64,000 nucleotides of DNA from a virus: positions 7,216-71,215 of IMG/VR virus record IMGVR_UViG_3300030117_004164, one strand, 5' to 3'. Shown here piece by piece: positions 45,331-57,011 of this stretch. Within the stretch, counting starts at the first letter, position 1. Every line of letters begins with the position of its first letter. The notes beneath the pieces were generated by a model. It ran no database searches, was not told the DNA's origin, and saw nothing but the letters and a program-made list of their open reading frames with translations. The position numbers were made by a program, and so were the translations under genes.

Positions 45331-48300
45331 AAGTCTTTCTCCAATAAAGTTACTGTTGTAGACGCTGAACCCGTAAAGCCCATAGTAGCCGTACCGATAT
45401 TAATGGGAGTTGTGAATCCTATAAATGTTCCCGTTGCCGTGGTAGTTGTTTTCTTAATTAGTAGTTTAAGTGGTTTAATTTTAATAGTGTCTAATAACTC
45501 GTTAGTTATTGTATTGCCCTTAAACTTGTCATTTCTTAAGAAGGCGGTAGTCAATTTATTTTGGGCTAATAAGTCTGCAATTCTATGTTCCATACCTTTA
45601 GAATACGAGCCTAAGTTCATTCTTATCTTTCCTAAAGATGAATGATAAATTTCTAATACCTTAAATGGTTGTCTAGGAATACCTTCATTAACTAATTCAA
45701 CTGTTACAATATCTCCTGCTTTAACATACTCTAATCCTGTAATTCCTGTTTCAACTTGAATAGTTTTTTCAGCGGAAGAATGTATTTGTAATAATTCTTT
45801 GGCTTTTTCATTTACATCTGATAATGTAGTCAAAGCGTTATCAAATTCTTCTAAAGATTTTTTACCTATTTTTTTGATGCTTTTAGGGTCTCTAGCAGTA
45901 GATTTAATTCCTCTACCATAAACAGTAACGTGGTTGTAAAATTCAAAAGCGGAGTCAGTTTTTTTAACAGAAATTAAATTTATATCTGTTGAAGTATCGG
46001 ATATAACAACAGGTGTAAATCTAATATTTACATCTTCTTTCTTTTCCAAAACAACTGTATCTAAGTCTACAAATAATCTTTTTTGTTTTAATTTTGCTAA
46101 ATAATCTGCGGCACTAAATACATCTACTCCTTGGAAATTTGGAGCAAAGTATTTGGGGTATTCTAATGTGTCTCTAGTGTAAGTAAACTTATTAGTCTCC
46201 AAAACGTCGTTAAGTATATCTTCTGTTTCAGAACATATTGTTAATGTTGAACCTATTTTTGCAGTTTGAACATCTTGCAGATTTGATGCTTTTGATGTTA
46301 CTATTGTAAAGGGTGTACCCATAGAAACTGCTCCTACCATTTTTGGTAAATCTTTGTTAAATGTTACTGTAAAGTCTTTAAATCCTGAACTTCTTGGGCT
46401 AGAAAACGTTAATGTTCTAGTAATAGTTTCATTACCATCAGTAAGGACAAACTCATAATCTCCATCTTTTAGTGGCTGAGAATCTGTTCCGAATAATTTT
46501 GTTGGGTCTCTTGGAATTAAATAGTTTGAATCAGACCTGTTATCAGGGTCAATTATAACATACATTGATAAAACACCTTCGTTAAAATCATATTTACCAT
46601 AATTACTAGAACCCTCACCTAATCTTGAAACTGTTAAAGGTTCTGAAATTTTTGCACCTGCACCCCCACCTGATGCTGATAATTCTGCTCTTTGTATAAC
46701 AGCATAATTTGGAATATTACTATACATTTTTGCTTGGAAAGGCATTTTAGTAGTCTTAGAACTTAAATTATATAATTTGAATTTTTTAGGCGTAGTAGGA
46801 TATGTACAAACTTCTGCTGGTCGCATAACTCTAAATGATGTACTATCTAAATCAAAAGAAGATATTCCTGGTGGTGCGTCAATTAATATATGATGGGTAA
46901 TACCTGATGAATTTAAAGTATCTTTCTTTTTAGTGTGAGAAATAATATAACAAATATCTTCAGGACAAACCTCTGCTGAACTAAATGGACCACTACTTAC
47001 CCCCACTCTTACATTTGAATCTGCTAAAGACGTTGCAGTAGTAATTTCATCTGTTATAACTCCTCTTGAAGATACTAAATAATAACCTGTTAAATTAGGA
47101 ACAAAATCTAACCAATGATTTACTTCCCAAGAATTACTACTACTTTGAACTTCAGCAGGATGAGCATTGTTTATTGATATTAATAAAGTATTTCTTTTTG
47201 TGCCACCAATTATTAATGTGTCATCAGGAAATATACCTGATAATCCAGTACAACCAGTAAATGTCGTACTAGTTTTTCCTGTGTAAGTAAAAGTTCTTCC
47301 TCCTACTTCAGCATCACCAGAGGAAGCGAAATCTGCTGTACTATCAACATGAATTGTTCCACCAAAAGAAGAAGTATTTGTTGTACCATTAGTTTTAGTG
47401 CTTACAATATCTTGATTAAAATGTTCATCCATTATTCTTCCGCAATTACTTCCTGTTTGAGCAATAGATGAACCGGAACCTAAATGTAGAATTGGTTTAA
47501 AGACAAAGTATGCTCCGCTTCCTTTGTATTTGTTTGTAGAAAATGCTGCATCTGCTTCCAAATCAAAATGTGCGAAGCCGTATTCAGATTCTAAATATAA
47601 ACAGTTGTGTTCAGAATTATCACCAAATGAAGAGGTTTTTTTACCATCATTTTTATTTCTAATTTTTTTATCAACAGATATATTCATTCCTGGCGCAACG
47701 TCTATTTTTTCTGGTTCAGGTGTTGTTTTATATCCTGATAAAATTACTACTCTATTATAGTACCAAGGATTTACTTCATTATTAGTAAATGTGTGACTAG
47801 ATAATTGACCCTCAGACATTTTTCTTAACATAAATGATGGGTGGTATTTGCCAATTGTAGAACTAAACATTGAGTCATATTTTCTAAGAGTTTCCCCATT
47901 AGTGGCAGAAGTGTCAAACTCTAGTAAAGAAAGTTTATCATTTTCTACATCATCAACTCGACCTAAGAAATCATCATCAGAAAATACACCATCACCAATT
48001 CTAAAAATATCTTTAAGATTTACTGAACCTGCTCTAGTAACATGAGAACTTGTGCTAGAAGCAATAGTTTCTCCAGAATTAGTGTTATGTATAGTTAAAG
48101 TTTTCCAAGGCAATTCAATATCTTCTCCTGCTAAAATTTGAGATTTTTGGAAATTGCCTAGTTGCCTTACTGCTCCATTTCTACCAAAAACTTTGCCTTG
48201 TGTTAAATTGAGTAATCTATTTGTATCTGACCCTGCACCTTGTTTTCCAGCGTTACCCATAGTTGTGAAACTTTGGAAATTTTTACTACCACCACCACCA

Positions 48301-51300
48301 ATACCCATTTCTACTTTGTATATTGGACCTAAATATCTTTCCCCATCTCTATTATATTCTCCATCAGCATTCAAAGTAATTTTTCCAGAAGAGGGTGTAT
48401 TTAATCCTGCTGAAGTATGAATTCTCCCAATTAATGTTCCATTGTATGCGTAAATATAGTCACCATTTGCTAAATTGTTAAAATCGCCTGTAACAGATAA
48501 TACTGTTGCACTATCCCAAGCAGTAATATAGGGGTCTGTTGAAGAACCCGTAACTTTCTCAATTACGCTATAAGTAGTATATTTGAAACTTCCACTTCCA
48601 GAATCCTCTGCTGGTGGAATCTCAGGGTCTAATAAATTAAAATGGGAGTCATAAGTAACTTCAATTAATCTCATCATATTATATCTACGAAGTTCACTTA
48701 AAGTTTTATTTGATGATTCAATAGTTTGAGTTTCGTAATTATCATCTTTTAAAACTTCTCTAAATGCACTACCTTTATATTTATCAGGAACTTCTGAACT
48801 TATTTCTTGTGTACCTTTAGATTTCAATAGCAAGTTATAATCAGTAATAGTTCTAGTCCCATATAATAAATTGTTTTTTCTATTCGCACAGTCTGGATAT
48901 AAATCAGATTGCCCAAATAAATAATACTTTACAGTCTTAGGGTCTAAAATTTCCCAATGGTCTTTTGCTCTCTTAATAGCATTTGTTTTCCAACCTATAT
49001 GTTGACCAACTGTTCCTGAATGGTCACCTCCTGATTCACTAAATGCCCAATCTCCTTGTATTCCGTTACTATGTGCGCTACCACCTGATAGACTAAATTT
49101 AGGATAAACTTCTATTAATGCCTGATTATTTACTCCCCATTGACCTTCCATTAATGTTTCCCCATCTGCTACTGCCGCTCTAATTGTATCGTATAAAACA
49201 ATACTAGTAGAACTGACTGTTTTAATCATTCCTAATAATTCGCCATTAGCATTATATACAAAATCACCAACACTGAATTTACTTGTAGCATCTGCGTCGG
49301 TTGTAATTGTAGCATTAGCGTGTTTAGCCAATGCCCCATCAACTGTAATACCTGAACTGTTTGCAAAAATATATTTATCATAATCTTCAAAATTACTACC
49401 TCTCAATGGCAAGGCTTCTCTCATTTCAGGAGGAATTTGTTTTATTTTTTCATTGACTTCATCATTATCTTTTAATGTGTCTATTGTCATATCTGTTCCT
49501 GTAATTAGTATGGGTTTAGTTTTATACGCTCTACCAAAGCCTAATAAGTTACCTGTATCTTCTGCATAGGTATCTACCGATTCTGTTCTGTTACTAATAT
49601 CATCCATTGAATGTCTTTTTGCTTTGTATAAACTTCCTGCTGGATTTTTATGTATATCGTAAACTCTAAATTGATACCCACCAAATCTATTTAAAAATGT
49701 AGTATTACCATAATCATTTGTGCTAGTATTATCATCCTTAATATAGTGATTAAACATTATACTATTTCCAGCAGGAGATATTACTTGGCTCATTAGTTGT
49801 AATACGGCACCATTATCAATCCCATGAGTATTTAAGAAACTTATGTTATGGTTTTTTCTATTAGCAATTGTATAAATTTTATCTCCAGCATTAATTGTAG
49901 AAATGCCTTCCTCATTAGGATTTCTGTCTAACACTATAAATTGATTACCACTACTATGTTTAAATTTATTTATAACTTTACCGTATGTTACCCCATCTGC
50001 ATTGTATATAAATTCATTTTCTGGAATATTAGCAAAAGTACCTAAAACTTGTTGGGCATCATAAGATAATATAGAAGTGTCATCAGCAGCAAAAGTTATT
50101 CCAGAATCTGTTAAACTTTCAGGTTTAGTGTATCTACCATCCATATCTGCTCTTGCTAAAACTATTGGAGAAATAGGTGCAAGAGTTATAAGACCTTTAC
50201 CATCATCACTAGATACAGAAGTAACAGCAAAATTTGGAACTGAAGAAGGAGTATCAAATGTTGCTCTATATGTTGTACCACCAATACTACCTTCTAATGC
50301 ACCCATAAATGCAGAATCTCCTTCTTTTCTTGCTAAAATATTAGTAGAAATTGCTCTAGGATTTTTAATAGGATACCCTACTGCATCCCTATGAATCTCA
50401 TTATCTGAAGAATCTCTATAAATACTTGTAGTTAAAAGGCTTGAACTCTCCACCCCATCCACAATTTTATTACCAGCAGTAAAAAATAACCCTTTTCCTG
50501 CTGTACTATCTAAAGAAGTTGGTGTTAATGGTGAGTATTTTGATGAACTCATAGCCTTTGAAAATGAATATATTTTACCATTAGTTGTAGGTTTTGAAAC
50601 TCTAATGGTTGTAGAAGAAGTTGAAGTTAACATTCCATCTAATAATTTTACACCTTGGGGGTGGCTAGTATCATCAACACTTAAAACTTCTCCAATTAAA
50701 TCTCCATCAGTTGTCCATAAATAATCTCCGGCTTCTAAAATTGTACCACTAACGGTTTCTAATGAATAATTAAACGCTTCATCAGAGGTAGCAGAAACAA
50801 TAACAGTAGTACCATCATAACTAGGCAAATATGGGCCAACAGTAGAATAAATAATATCTTCAGAATGTTTATAGTTTTTATTTACTATTGGGCCAAGTAA
50901 TTTACCTATTTCATTTCTACCCTTTATTCTGTATTTGTATTGACCATCTTCAATGTAATCTTCTATGAATTCTGCATAGCCGGAAAACACTTTCTTTTCT
51001 AGAACATATTCTCCAATATAGTAAGCCAAATAGTTTTCTGTTGTAGAACTCTCATCTAAGTATAATTGTGTGCGAGGGGATTGTAGTTTAACAAATGAAT
51101 TTTTTTGGTCACCATAAGATACTGCAAACCTTTTTCCGTTATATGGGCCACCTAGTAAACAAATTTGAGTTTTGTATAATTTACTAGAAGAAGGAGATAT
51201 TGAAGCGTTGCCTACTTTTAAAGTAACTAATGAATCGTTAACAGCAGTAATACTAGTACCAGAATAATCAGCAATAGTATCAATATTAAATTCCACCATT

Positions 51301-53168
51301 AATGTTTTAGTTAATGGCGACCATGCTCTTCTAAACGCATTAGCATCTGTAAGAGTTTCTGCCGCACCGCTAATTCCTGTTGTAAATGAACCAGCAGAAG
51401 TTAATTTATAGGCATCAATTGTAATTGTTTGTGTTCCAGCAGAAGTGCTTGGCGCACCTACCGCAGTTATTCTATATACATATCTTCCTATTCTAATTGT
51501 CTCAAAACTGCTACTACTTTGTAATAATAATCTTAAATCTTGACCATCTTCTAATCCTGAAAATGTTAAAGTGGTAGAAGAAGTTGTTCCGGTGACAGTA
51601 CCATAAATTAAAGCGTCATAGTTATTAGATATATTACCATTACTTAACATTTTATAAGACTCTATTCTGTCATTAGATTTTATCTTTTTACCATAAATTC
51701 TTTTAGGGTCAATAATATCTAAATTCATAAATGTCCCTGTTTTAGTTACTGATTCAAACACTTCTAAATTAATTACATGGGGAATAGCATTTACCTTTTG
51801 AGGCGAATCAGTATAATGTAAATATCTAATTGGGCCATTAAATTCATCATTAGTACCCATAGTGCTATGCTTCAAATCATTTTCATTTCTTCGTATATTT
51901 CTAAAACAATCATCCCAATCCGAAACATCCATAGTGTAATTACTATTGCCACTATATTGCTCTTGGGAAACCGCTGAACTATTTGGTTTATCAGCAGTTC
52001 TTAAATTATCTACCAAAGAAACATAAGTTTCATACTTACTATAATCCACTATTCGTTTACCATAATCTTGTTCAGTAACAAAACATCTTTGATAATGTTT
52101 TTCTGTTGTACCGTCACTTCTTGAAGAATGTAAAGTGTATTTTTTATTATGGTCCAATTGATTTGGTTTATCTAATCTATCATTGTAGAAAAAGAATAGT
52201 GGGCGAGCAATATAAGTAAAGGCATTATGCCTACCATATCTAGCATATCCAGCACCATCTGTATTATCTGTATCTGCTGAATAAGCATAACCATTTCCTT
52301 CTAATCCATAAGCAACAGCAACTACACTTGTTTCAGATACAAGTGGTCCCTTATAAATAGCATATTTTGTTCCTTTAGGAATTTGCCCACTATATGCTGG
52401 AGAAAACTCAAAAGAGTCTCCCGTAGCATCTGAACTTGTAATTTCTGTAATTTTAGCAAAATGATGTTTTAAGTGGTCATCTGCAAAAATCATAACGAAA
52501 TAATCCACTGTGTCAATTAGACTTCCCGATAAAAGTAATTGACTTCCATCTGCATCTACGTCCATTTCAATTCTATACCCTTCAGTTAATTCCCTATTTT
52601 CACCAAAACCGGAAGAAATCTGAGCGGCGGAACCTAATGAAGAACTAGGGAAATATCTATTTAAATGTGTAAATTGGTTGGATTGAGAAACTCCGTACTC
52701 AGGGCCACCGTTTAATCCGGTTGAACCCCCATCATCTGCCGCGTTAGTCGGGGCAAATGGGTCATTTTCTGTAATTTCATAGCATACAATTCTGTTTGCA
52801 TTGGTGCTATTCCAAAAAGACTGTAATTGTAAATTATTTGTTGCAGTAGCAACACTAACAGATTCTAAGTAAAATCTGTTATTAACTGTATCGAAATAAT
52901 CAAACGTGCCTATGAATGTTCCACCAATATAAATTGCATCACCTTTAATGTATTTATTTGTTGGCGCACCAGCAGAACCATCATCAACAGTAATAAATGC
53001 TGAACCACTAGCAGCAGTACCATTAACAAAAATACCTGTATTTTCTAAATCATCACAAATAATCAGTGGATTAGTTGGGCAATCATAATATACATTTTCA
53101 TTTGATGTTGAAGGGGTATCTCCAGGTTTTGACCCTTTACTCATAATAAATAAATCTGTATTTGGCAT
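45327..53168 (-). CDS. Giant (2613 aa) tail-tip/baseplate hub protein
   Basis: Position downstream of the tape measure; hub-like C-terminus (YNHVTVYG...SIKKIG...AGDIVTV); internal repeats. Confidence 0.65.
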   Translation of the reverse strand: MPNTDLFIMSKGSKPGDTPSTSNENVYYDCPTNPLIICDDLENTGIFVNGTAASGSAFITVDDGSAGAPTNKYIKGDAIYIGGTFIGTFDYFDTVNNRFYLESVSVATATNNLQLQSFWNSTNANRIVCYEITENDPFAPTNAADDGGSTGLNGGPEYGVSQSNQFTHLNRYFPSSSLGSAAQISSGFGENRELTEGYRIEMDVDADGSQLLLSGSLIDTVDYFVMIFADDHLKHHFAKITEITSSDATGDSFEFSPAYSGQIPKGTKYAIYKGPLVSETSVVAVAYGLEGNGYAYSADTDNTDGAGYARYGRHNAFTYIARPLFFFYNDRLDKPNQLDHNKKYTLHSSRSDGTTEKHYQRCFVTEQDYGKRIVDYSKYETYVSLVDNLRTADKPNSSAVSQEQYSGNSNYTMDVSDWDDCFRNIRRNENDLKHSTMGTNDEFNGPIRYLHYTDSPQKVNAIPHVINLEVFESVTKTGTFMNLDIIDPKRIYGKKIKSNDRIESYKMLSNGNISNNYDALIYGTVTGTTSSTTLTFSGLEDGQDLRLLLQSSSSFETIRIGRYVYRITAVGAPSTSAGTQTITIDAYKLTSAGSFTTGISGAAETLTDANAFRRAWSPLTKTLMVEFNIDTIADYSGTSITAVNDSLVTLKVGNASISPSSSKLYKTQICLLGGPYNGKRFAVSYGDQKNSFVKLQSPRTQLYLDESSTTENYLAYYIGEYVLEKKVFSGYAEFIEDYIEDGQYKYRIKGRNEIGKLLGPIVNKNYKHSEDIIYSTVGPYLPSYDGTTVIVSATSDEAFNYSLETVSGTILEAGDYLWTTDGDLIGEVLSVDDTSHPQGVKLLDGMLTSTSSTTIRVSKPTTNGKIYSFSKAMSSSKYSPLTPTSLDSTAGKGLFFTAGNKIVDGVESSSLLTTSIYRDSSDNEIHRDAVGYPIKNPRAISTNILARKEGDSAFMGALEGSIGGTTYRATFDTPSSVPNFAVTSVSSDDGKGLITLAPISPIVLARADMDGRYTKPESLTDSGITFAADDTSILSYDAQQVLGTFANIPENEFIYNADGVTYGKVINKFKHSSGNQFIVLDRNPNEEGISTINAGDKIYTIANRKNHNISFLNTHGIDNGAVLQLMSQVISPAGNSIMFNHYIKDDNTSTNDYGNTTFLNRFGGYQFRVYDIHKNPAGSLYKAKRHSMDDISNRTESVDTYAEDTGNLLGFGRAYKTKPILITGTDMTIDTLKDNDEVNEKIKQIPPEMREALPLRGSNFEDYDKYIFANSSGITVDGALAKHANATITTDADATSKFSVGDFVYNANGELLGMIKTVSSTSIVLYDTIRAAVADGETLMEGQWGVNNQALIEVYPKFSLSGGSAHSNGIQGDWAFSESGGDHSGTVGQHIGWKTNAIKRAKDHWEILDPKTVKYYLFGQSDLYPDCANRKNNLLYGTRTITDYNLLLKSKGTQEISSEVPDKYKGSAFREVLKDDNYETQTIESSNKTLSELRRYNMMRLIEVTYDSHFNLLDPEIPPAEDSGSGSFKYTTYSVIEKVTGSSTDPYITAWDSATVLSVTGDFNNLANGDYIYAYNGTLIGRIHTSAGLNTPSSGKITLNADGEYNRDGERYLGPIYKVEMGIGGGGSKNFQSFTTMGNAGKQGAGSDTNRLLNLTQGKVFGRNGAVRQLGNFQKSQILAGEDIELPWKTLTIHNTNSGETIASSTSSHVTRAGSVNLKDIFRIGDGVFSDDDFLGRVDDVENDKLSLLEFDTSATNGETLRKYDSMFSSTIGKYHPSFMLRKMSEGQLSSHTFTNNEVNPWYYNRVVILSGYKTTPEPEKIDVAPGMNISVDKKIRNKNDGKKTSSFGDNSEHNCLYLESEYGFAHFDLEADAAFSTNKYKGSGAYFVFKPILHLGSGSSIAQTGSNCGRIMDEHFNQDIVSTKTNGTTNTSSFGGTIHVDSTADFASSGDAEVGGRTFTYTGKTSTTFTGCTGLSGIFPDDTLIIGGTKRNTLLISINNAHPAEVQSSSNSWEVNHWLDFVPNLTGYYLVSSRGVITDEITTATSLADSNVRVGVSSGPFSSAEVCPEDICYIISHTKKKDTLNSSGITHHILIDAPPGISSFDLDSTSFRVMRPAEVCTYPTTPKKFKLYNLSSKTTKMPFQAKMYSNIPNYAVIQRAELSASGGGAGAKISEPLTVSRLGEGSSNYGKYDFNEGVLSMYVIIDPDNRSDSNYLIPRDPTKLFGTDSQPLKDGDYEFVLTDGNETITRTLTFSSPRSSGFKDFTVTFNKDLPKMVGAVSMGTPFTIVTSKASNLQDVQTAKIGSTLTICSETEDILNDVLETNKFTYTRDTLEYPKYFAPNFQGVDVFSAADYLAKLKQKRLFVDLDTVVLEKKEDVNIRFTPVVISDTSTDINLISVKKTDSAFEFYNHVTVYGRGIKSTARDPKSIKKIGKKSLEEFDNALTTLSDVNEKAKELLQIHSSAEKTIQVETGITGLEYVKAGDIVTVELVNEGIPRQPFKVLEIYHSSLGKIRMNLGSYSKGMEHRIADLLAQNKLTTAFLRNDKFKGNTITNELLDTIKIKPLKLLIKKTTTTATGTFIGFTTPINIGTATMGFTGSASTTVTLLEKDL

Positions 53169-53947
53169 TATTCATCAACCTCTTCAAATCTTAAGTATAA
53201 TAAAGTATTTCTAAAATTAGGTAATAGTGTGTGCATAAAAGGAAAATCGCTTTGAGAATTTAATGATATTGCAAATTCGTGCATTTCCCCCATAAATTGT
53301 TTTCTAGTAATAGGATTCTTATTTTCGGCAGATTGCCCTACTCCTAAATAACAATCAGATTTTTCCATAGAAAATGGCAAACTCGCTGTACTACTTTTAC
53401 CACTATGAACAGTCGTAGCAATTAAAGAATTATTTAAGTATATAGACATAATACCATCTGATACACTTAAGGTTGCAGCAATATGATAAGGAGTCAATAA
53501 GTATAATGCTTCAGGATTAGTACTGTAAGCAGTTTCACCTTTAATTACTACCGCCGAAGTTAAAGTTTCCGTAGTGCCGTTTGCAGTAATAATTAATTTT
53601 ATTTTGTATTCTGCTGGTTTATTTGCTGCATTAGCAGCATCATTTACTAAATATAGTTGTACATTAGTGCTATAAAATATACACATCTCATGGTCTAATC
53701 TTGCTGTATGAGTCATGTAACTATAACTTTGATTATTAGAACTAGTAGAATACGGCATTGTTTTAGTAGAAGTTTTTATAGTCCCAGAAGAATTACCATT
53801 TACATCATATGGAGTAACAATTGCCTCAATAGTAAATGAACTTTTTAAATCCCATAAACCATATGTATTATCATTTAATGTGCCTCCATCATCTGCAACA
53901 TCAGGGATATTTTTATCATAATCTACCAAAACATATCCATTACACAT
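53168..53947 (-). CDS. LamG/concanavalin A-like structural protein
   Basis: SFTIEAIV, YHIAAT, IYLNN, FMGEMHEFAI, LYLRFEE. Confidence 0.7.
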   Translation of the reverse strand: MCNGYVLVDYDKNIPDVADDGGTLNDNTYGLWDLKSSFTIEAIVTPYDVNGNSSGTIKTSTKTMPYSTSSNNQSYSYMTHTARLDHEMCIFYSTNVQLYLVNDAANAANKPAEYKIKLIITANGTTETLTSAVVIKGETAYSTNPEALYLLTPYHIAATLSVSDGIMSIYLNNSLIATTVHSGKSSTASLPFSMEKSDCYLGVGQSAENKNPITRKQFMGEMHEFAISLNSQSDFPFMHTLLPNFRNTLLYLRFEEVDE

Positions 53948-54004
53948 GACAGGAAAAACTAAAGAGTTTCTTTCACCAATATATGTTTGATAAATAATAC
54001 CACC

Positions 54005-54700
54005 TCAGAATGATACGTCTGCAATTTGGAAATCTAAAGAAAATTCCATATATGGTTGCCCTGCTTGCATTGTAGTAGAAAAGTTTCTTACAAAGCCTTT
54101 TAATGCAGTAGTTACTGTATCAGTTGCCGATGTAATTTTTTCAGGAAAAGTTCCAGGTTTATTTGCAAATAAGAATTGTTTATTATCCTTTGACCTTGCT
54201 TTGTATGTAAATGGAATTAGTGGGCAACTATCAACTAAAGTTGTTTCAGTGACTCCCGCATGATAATCCCAATCCTCACCAACTCTTGACGGTATAAGAA
54301 TCAATAAACGGTTTGGGTTTTGATTTGACTGAGCGAAAGAGGAATCAACATAAGAATGAATTAATTGTGACACTTCATGTGCAGTTAAATATTTACTAAC
54401 ATCATTAGTGGTTTCGCTATCTTCAAAGTTCTTCACAATTGTTTGTTCAGTAATGATACCATTAATACTTAATGTTTTATCTGTCATTCCTAAATCTAAA
54501 GCAGCAGTTCTAGATTCTCCATAAATAACACCTGAACCCGGAATAGCGTGAGAAACTACTTGTTTAGATGTGTTGATAGTAATTGTTTCACATTTTAACG
54601 CTATTCTATTAGAGGCCCAATTACCTCCTGTGGCACTTTTGTTATTTTTAGTTTGTAGTTCTAACCAAACGTATTGATTATCTAATTCTGAAAAAGTCAT
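54005..54700 (-). CDS. Distal-tail-like structural protein
   Basis: Directly downstream of the tape measure; synteny inference. Confidence 0.5.
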   Translation of the reverse strand: MTFSELDNQYVWLELQTKNNKSATGGNWASNRIALKCETITINTSKQVVSHAIPGSGVIYGESRTAALDLGMTDKTLSINGIITEQTIVKNFEDSETTNDVSKYLTAHEVSQLIHSYVDSSFAQSNQNPNRLLILIPSRVGEDWDYHAGVTETTLVDSCPLIPFTYKARSKDNKQFLFANKPGTFPEKITSATDTVTTALKGFVRNFSTTMQAGQPYMEFSLDFQIADVSF

Positions 54701-56787
54701 TACATTCCCCTCGTTGATGATGCTGTTGTTCTATTTATTTCTTGGCTCACTAATCTTCCTACCTTTCTAGCAATATCTCTAATTTCTTGGTCACTAGCAC
54801 CTAAGCGACCATTTACATGAACATTGATTGTATTTCCTCCTTTAGAAGACATAATACTTTTGCTTTCAGTATTAGAATAAACTCTAGAACCTCCCGGCAA
54901 ATTTACTAATTCTGGTCCTTTTTCACCAACTACGGCAAGACCTTGTTGTGGCATTGTACCACCTTCGGAAAAGAAAGGAATATAATTTCCTTCTTTACCT
55001 CTAAAGGCCCCAACTATTCTATCTCCTAATTTACCCATCGCTCCTCCTAACCAACTAGTTGCTTTATCCCAATAAGCGATAACTAAGAATGTTATTCCTG
55101 CTACTAATAATGCAATACCAATTGGTATAGCACCTAATAGACCTGCAACATAAGATAATGTAGCAACAACAGACCATCTAATTAAAGCGTAAGTCCACCA
55201 CGCAGTTAGTACTTGTAATAGTAATATTCCTAATTTTGCAAAACCTTCTTGTTTAATATAAACAATTAGAGAACTCATTAATCCTGTTATAAGAGCCACA
55301 CCTATTGCTATACTTGCTAATGCTATTTGTAATAATACATGAGCAGATTCTACAAGGAATCCAGATAATCCTTCAATTATTCCTGTCATATCTCCAGTAA
55401 AAGCAGAATATATAACCTTCCATAATTGACCAGCCCAAGCAAGTAACGCTGCAAACAATTTACTCATTCTAACTCCAATTCTTAACCCTTCTGCACCAAT
55501 TGTTTTTAAGGCTTCATCGTAACCATCAAAATAGGTTATCATTGTCTTAACAAATGCTACGACAACAAATATTCCAAGTAAAGCCATAATGAAATAAGTC
55601 ATCGCTAATTTAAGTTTTGTAAATACAAATAACATATTAGGAAGTATTTTTCTAAAACCTTCTCCTACCTTATCCCATATTTTACCAGCATTTTTAAAGA
55701 ATGAAAACGTGGGACCAATTGGTGTAAACATTGATAACCCTTTCCAAAACTTACCACTTTTTAAGAACCCAAAAGTATCTTTAAAGGAATTCATTACCCC
55801 TTCGTTATTTTTAGTAAATTCTGAAATCATTTCTGCTGATGTACCCATTCCTGCGTAACCTGCAACAAACTCTTGCCTTCCTGATAATTGCCCTTTAACC
55901 TCTTGCTTTTTTAAGTCACCAACTGCTTTAGTTCCATCTTTAACCTCTTGGTCATCTGCCGTAAAATACTCAGCAGGTTTGGCTATTATTTCTCTTTTTC
56001 CGAAAATTTTATTTCTAAGTTTATCTAAATTATTTAAACCCATCAATTCTATTTTAGCAATTTGTCTTTGTAGCATTTGTCTAATTCTTCCACCCTTAAT
56101 TAGTTTTTCTTGTCTCTCTAACAATTCATCAGTAGCATTTATTTCTCTTTTTAATAAACCAAGAGCCACTTCTTCCTCAATATTTTTATCTAACATAAGT
56201 CGAAATGATGCGCTTTCGGCCTTTAATTTATCGTAGTTTCCTGCTTCTGCTTCTCTTAATGCTGGTGCTAATTTAGTAATTTCTTCTCTATACCTACTTT
56301 CAACTTCAGCATAGTTCTCCATAGCCTTTGTTGCTTTTTGGCTAATCTCAATTTTCTTTTCTTGACCGGTTTGATAAATAGCAAATACGTCAATAACACC
56401 ACGAACTGCATTTTGAATAGACCATAAACCTGTTCCAGACAATAATCTTGATGCTGCTGTCCAAACTTTACTTCCACTTGCTGCTTGAAAAAAAGTTTTA
56501 TTCATGCCTTTTGTAACATGAGTAACTTCCATAATTTCTCTTCTAACATCCATTAAAGTATCAGAGAATCTTAAATTTTCTGCAACTATATCTTTTTGAA
56601 GTTCTAATGCTTCTGCATTGGCTTGATTTGCACTTTCTTGTACTCTTCTTGTTTTTTCAGCCTCTCTTCTTATTTTTGCTTGTTCACCGGCAAGGTTGTT
56701 GATGGCATCTGTTACATCTGTTATTAATCTTTTTTGAACAGCAAGCGCGTCAATATATTTTTCAAAAGCCCTCAGTGTATCAGTCAA
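54700..56787 (-). CDS. Tape measure protein
   Basis: Helical N-terminus, hydrophobic segments, FSEGG...VVGEKGPELV C-terminal motif. Confidence 0.8.
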   Translation of the reverse strand: MTDTLRAFEKYIDALAVQKRLITDVTDAINNLAGEQAKIRREAEKTRRVQESANQANAEALELQKDIVAENLRFSDTLMDVRREIMEVTHVTKGMNKTFFQAASGSKVWTAASRLLSGTGLWSIQNAVRGVIDVFAIYQTGQEKKIEISQKATKAMENYAEVESRYREEITKLAPALREAEAGNYDKLKAESASFRLMLDKNIEEEVALGLLKREINATDELLERQEKLIKGGRIRQMLQRQIAKIELMGLNNLDKLRNKIFGKREIIAKPAEYFTADDQEVKDGTKAVGDLKKQEVKGQLSGRQEFVAGYAGMGTSAEMISEFTKNNEGVMNSFKDTFGFLKSGKFWKGLSMFTPIGPTFSFFKNAGKIWDKVGEGFRKILPNMLFVFTKLKLAMTYFIMALLGIFVVVAFVKTMITYFDGYDEALKTIGAEGLRIGVRMSKLFAALLAWAGQLWKVIYSAFTGDMTGIIEGLSGFLVESAHVLLQIALASIAIGVALITGLMSSLIVYIKQEGFAKLGILLLQVLTAWWTYALIRWSVVATLSYVAGLLGAIPIGIALLVAGITFLVIAYWDKATSWLGGAMGKLGDRIVGAFRGKEGNYIPFFSEGGTMPQQGLAVVGEKGPELVNLPGGSRVYSNTESKSIMSSKGGNTINVHVNGRLGASDQEIRDIARKVGRLVSQEINRTTASSTRGM

Positions 56788-56792
56788 TTAAA

Positions 56793-57011
56793 TCACCACT
56801 TTTTCTTTTGAGCATCTTTCATAGATTTATCCATTTCTTCGGCTTTTAATTGTTCAACTACACCATGAACTGTTAGTAAATCATTAACTAATTTTGCTGG
56901 CATTTTATATATTTCTAATGGGCTAATTGCTAAGGCTTTCGCTAGGCTATAAACCGCAACTAAGGAGGCATCCTGTGGGGTAAGTTTCCCACTTTTCATC
57001 GCCTTCCTCAA
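56793..57011 (-). CDS. Tail assembly chaperone, -1 frameshift extension (gpGT-like)
   Basis: In the -1 frame after slippery site A AAA AAC. Confidence 0.65.
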   Translation of the reverse strand: MRKAMKSGKLTPQDASLVAVYSLAKALAISPLEIYKMPAKLVNDLLTVHGVVEQLKAEEMDKSMKDAQKKKW

